Shown here in pieces: positions 60,630 through 64,000 of a stretch of 64,000 nt of DNA. The first letter of the stretch is position 1; every line of letters starts with the position of its first letter. The position numbers were made by a program, and so were the translations under genes. The DNA lies in contig JAKUTR010000012.1 of assembly GCA_022448725.1 (NCBI GenBank), positions 4,066-68,065 on the forward strand. The letters are read 5' to 3'. A model generated the notes under the pieces. It did not search any database, was not told the origin of the DNA, and worked only from the letters and a program-made list of their open reading frames with translations. Source of the stretch: SAR202 cluster bacterium. Lineage in GTDB: Bacteria > Chloroflexota > Dehalococcoidia > Lucifugimonadales > VXLM01.

Positions 60630-62126
60630 CTACTTCTTATTCTCTTGTTGGATAGCCATCAGGCTCCTGTTAAGTTGAGCTCGGTCTGCTCCGTACTTCT
60701 CAGCTTCCTCCGCATCCGCGAGAGCTGCATCTTCCATCCCTAAATACATTCGGGTAATCGCACGGGTAGCAAACAAGTCCGCGTCGTATATATTGTCTTG
60801 ATCAGCCTCGTCTAATTGCACAGCCATATCTAGGTCTCTCAAAGCATCCTGATGGTCCCCAATAGTCCCTCGAGCAACTCCTCTATTTTTGTAATATTCC
60901 AGCACACCCGAGTCGATATTTATCGCTGTGGTGTAGTCAGCTATGGCGCGGTTGAAATCACCTATCATCAGAAACATTTGACCACGTCCGCTGTGTGCTT
61001 CGTGATTATTTGAGTCGAGCCTGATGGCATCTTCAAAATCAACTATCGCCTGATCGAAGTACCCCAGTTCACGCCACACACTACCTCTCTCAGTCAGCAC
61101 TCTGGAGCTTTTAGGGCTAAGTGCAAGCGCCTGGTTGAGGTCAATCATTGCTGACTCAAAGTCTTGAATAGCAACGAGGGAATCAGCCCGGTCAACGAAA
61201 AGCCCTACGCTATCAGGGCTGATCTGAATAGCTACCGTAAGATCTCGGATCGCCTTCTCATGATTCGGCATCCGTTTGTATACTGCTGCACGTTCCTGGT
61301 AAAGCTTGGCATTATTGGGTTCCCGCGCTATGGCAGCTTCATAGTTCTTCACCGAGTTATATAAGATCCCAATCTCACCATAGATCGTCCCGCGATCTGT
61401 AAAGATTTTTTCGTTAGTGGGGTCGAGTTGAACTGCTTTCTCCAGGTGAATAAATGCATCATCAAATAGCTCCAGAGCAGCATACGCCGCACCGCGGTTA
61501 AAGTATGCCTCCGCATACTCAGGGTCGGCACGAATGGCTTCCCCATAATCTTGAATTGCGCGACGCGGTTGACCAAGACTGACATAAGCGGTCCCTCGAT
61601 TCGTCAACGCTACCGCGTTCTCCGGCGCCAGTTCAATTGCAATGTCAAACTTTTTCACAGCTTGATAGTTACGGTTCAAACGAGTGAGGGTCGTCCCCCA
61701 GTTTAGGTAGAGACGGAAATCGTCCTGATCGATTTGTTCCGATTGTTCATAGTCGGCGATGGCATCTTTGTACTTTGTAATACGAGAGTAGGAAATAGCA
61801 CGATCGACGTACAAACCCGCGTTCTCCGAATCCAGTACCATCGCTTTATTGTAATCTTCGATGGCTCCTTCATACTGATCAAACTCGGCACGTGCTCTAC
61901 CTCTAGCCTGGTAGATCAAAGCGGAATTAGGATTGAGAACAACTGCCTGATCAAGCTCTATCAGCGCCGCATCAAACCGGCCTTCATTACCAAGTTCAAT
62001 CGCTGACTCATAGTGGCTCTGGGCCAGTTGCCGAGCTGACTCGCTAATCTCTGTGCTGCCAGTACAAGCGGTGACTATTAGTAGCGCCGCTAGCAGAACG
62101 CTAATCGACGCAGCAGGAAACATCAA
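60630..62126 (-). CDS. TPR-repeat lipoprotein
   Basis: Lipobox VTAC followed by about a dozen TPR repeats. Confidence 0.88.
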   Translation of the reverse strand: MMFPAASISVLLAALLIVTACTGSTEISESARQLAQSHYESAIELGNEGRFDAALIELDQAVVLNPNSALIYQARGRARAEFDQYEGAIEDYNKAMVLDSENAGLYVDRAISYSRITKYKDAIADYEQSEQIDQDDFRLYLNWGTTLTRLNRNYQAVKKFDIAIELAPENAVALTNRGTAYVSLGQPRRAIQDYGEAIRADPEYAEAYFNRGAAYAALELFDDAFIHLEKAVQLDPTNEKIFTDRGTIYGEIGILYNSVKNYEAAIAREPNNAKLYQERAAVYKRMPNHEKAIRDLTVAIQISPDSVGLFVDRADSLVAIQDFESAMIDLNQALALSPKSSRVLTERGSVWRELGYFDQAIVDFEDAIRLDSNNHEAHSGRGQMFLMIGDFNRAIADYTTAINIDSGVLEYYKNRGVARGTIGDHQDALRDLDMAVQLDEADQDNIYDADLFATRAITRMYLGMEDAALADAEEAEKYGADRAQLNRSLMAIQQENKK

Positions 62127-62181
62127 TCCAACCTCCTGATTATTGTGACCTGTTACCTATAACGATATTGGCATCGCTAGG

Positions 62182-63147
62182 TCAATGAGAATCTAAGACT
62201 GATTTCAACTGGTCCCGAGAAATATTACCTCCGCTCATAACCAGTGCCACCTTTTTACCTCGCAGTCGGTCCTTGATCTTGATAGCAGCTGCAAGAGGAG
62301 AAGCTCCAGCATGCTCCGCGAGATTGTGAGTCGTTTCGAGAAGAATGTTGACAGCTTCGATCATCTCTTCATCTGTGACTAGAACGAAATCGTCTAACAG
62401 ATCTCGCATTATCTCCTGAGGAATCTTAAACCCAATCTCTGTTGCTAAGCCTTCCGCTATAGTTCCCATCTTTGCCTGAGTCAATTCACCCGTCTTCCAA
62501 GAATTGTAGGCTCCGGGTGCATAAGTGGCCTGCACACCTATAACCTCCACTGCTGGATTCAATCCATCTGCAACAATACAGGCCCCACACACACCACTTC
62601 CGCCACCGACCGGCACAATAATCACGTCTACATCGGGTAAATCTTCAAAAATTTCAAGAGAATATGTGCCCACACCCGAAATTAGCCGAGGCTCATTTGC
62701 AGAATGAACATATATATATCCTTCCTCTTTGGAAAGGACCTCACAGTGTTGTCGACTCTCATCAAAGTTAGCGCCATGGAATATGACATTTGCTCCTAAT
62801 TCTCTCATCGATTCGCATTTGTCAGGGTTAGCATTGGTCGGTACCACAACGTTTGCCTGCACACCAAAAACCTGCGCTGCATATGCGATACCTTGACCGA
62901 AATTACCCGTGGATGCCACAACTACACCCCGCGCACGTTGTTCGTCTGACATCTGGTCAACCACATTCAAGGCACCACGTATTTTAAATGAGCCTAGAGA
63001 TTGGTGGTTTTCATGCTTGATGTACACTTCAGCATCAAGAATTTTGTCAAGCCTCGTATAGTGGTGGAGTGGTGTACGGGCGATGTAAGGATCAATTCGT
63101 TTACGAGCGCCAAGCACGTCAACTAGATTAGGACGGCTAGTTGTCAT
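62182..63147 (-). CDS. PLP-dependent threonine/serine dehydratase family protein without a regulatory domain
   Basis: KHENHQSLGSFKIRGA, STGNFG, PVGGGSG, SGGN. Confidence 0.9.
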   Translation of the reverse strand: MTTSRPNLVDVLGARKRIDPYIARTPLHHYTRLDKILDAEVYIKHENHQSLGSFKIRGALNVVDQMSDEQRARGVVVASTGNFGQGIAYAAQVFGVQANVVVPTNANPDKCESMRELGANVIFHGANFDESRQHCEVLSKEEGYIYVHSANEPRLISGVGTYSLEIFEDLPDVDVIIVPVGGGSGVCGACIVADGLNPAVEVIGVQATYAPGAYNSWKTGELTQAKMGTIAEGLATEIGFKIPQEIMRDLLDDFVLVTDEEMIEAVNILLETTHNLAEHAGASPLAAAIKIKDRLRGKKVALVMSGGNISRDQLKSVLDSH

Positions 63148-63227
63148 AATTTTCTCCCGTTGTATACACAAATAGGATACGACACCGAGCGGTTGCTGGT
63201 ACAGAATGGGGATTGTAAGGTTTGGTC

Positions 63228-64000
63228 ATGTCAATACAGTTACTCACAGAAGAAGTCGCCTCCAAGATTGCGGCAGGAGAGGTGACGGAACGTCCTGCCT
63301 CAGTTGTCAAGGAGCTAGTTGAAAATTCTTTAGATGCTCAAGCCTCTACCATAGCAGTAGACATTCAAGGCGGCGGATTAGACCGCATCCTTGTAGCCGA
63401 CAATGGTTACGGTATCGAGAAAACAGATGTGCCACTGGCGTTTGAGCGCTTCGCCACCAGTAAATTATCACAAGCAGATGACCTTGAAACGATCGCAACT
63501 TTTGGATTCCGAGGCGAAGCCCTTCCAAGCATAGCTGCGGTTTCCCAACTTGAACTGATCACGAGGACACCAGACAGCACGTCTGGTTCAAAAATCGAGA
63601 TCGACCAAGGTAAAGTTATTGAGATAGGAAGCCAGGGCTCAAGCTTTGGTACATCCGTAACAATCCAACATCTGTTTCGAAACTTCCCCGCCAGACGAAA
63701 GTTCCTCAGGTCACCTAAATCAGAGGCGTCGCGTATTCAAAAACTTATCTCAAAGTTTGCATTGGCACACCCAGAAGTAGCATTTACTCTAACGATGGAG
63801 GGTACCCAGAGTTTACTTACATCAGGCTCGGGAAATCTCCGAGAGGTTATTGCTGAAATCTACTCAACCCGAGTTGCTGAAGCCATGCTCGAATTGGAAT
63901 GGGATAACACCGAGCCTATGGTGTCGCCAAGAGGACTTATCGGAGTAGCATCCGTCGCTCGCTCAAATCGTGAACACATGAGCATTTTTGTCAACGGGCG
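63228..64000 (+). CDS. mutL: DNA mismatch repair protein MutL, 3' partial (absent from the ORF track)
   Basis: Translated by hand: MSIQLLTEEVASKIAAGEVTERPASVVKELVENSLDA...DNGYG...ATSK...GFRGEALPSIA. Confidence 0.96.
   Translation, partial: MSIQLLTEEVASKIAAGEVTERPASVVKELVENSLDAQASTIAVDIQGGGLDRILVADNGYGIEKTDVPLAFERFATSKLSQADDLETIATFGFRGEALPSIAAVSQLELITRTPDSTSGSKIEIDQGKVIEIGSQGSSFGTSVTIQHLFRNFPARRKFLRSPKSEASRIQKLISKFALAHPEVAFTLTMEGTQSLLTSGSGNLREVIAEIYSTRVAEAMLELEWDNTEPMVSPRGLIGVASVARSNREHMSIFVNG

Overview
Chromosomal window of a bacterium, about 48-50% GC by eye. Gene order (rpsB-tsf-pyrH-frr-cdsA-dxr-rseP-ispG-proS; rpsO-pnp-dapB-asd-dapA; yebC-ruvC-ruvA), a short EF-Ts and many scattered catabolic enzymes (enolase superfamily, hydantoinase B, Gfo/Idh/MocA, amidohydrolases, PhyH, Ldh_2, ThDP enzyme, GHL10) suggest a Dehalococcoidia/SAR202-like Chloroflexota genome; this is an inference. 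Core blocks alternate with two accessory regions (about 6.2-23 kb and 34-43.4 kb). There is one tRNA-Gln(UUG) and a partial mutL at the right edge that the ORF track misses. I saw no CRISPR array, transposase, integrase or rRNA. The best candidate for an undescribed system is three tandem paralogous NMP-kinase-fold genes downstream of galU (20586-22913). All three lack the Walker A lysine (GCEY[SA]GT[TS]T) and the DR motif but share conserved Cys/His motifs. Other leads are a Cys-to-Ser transglutaminase-like protein, a single-lobe ProX-like lipoprotein, a small AT-hook protein, palindromes overlapping promoters (dnaE, pyrD), possible RNA switches before purA and tsf, several apparently leaderless genes, and an altered MEP cluster with no uppS. 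All family calls come from motif recognition; no searches were run.
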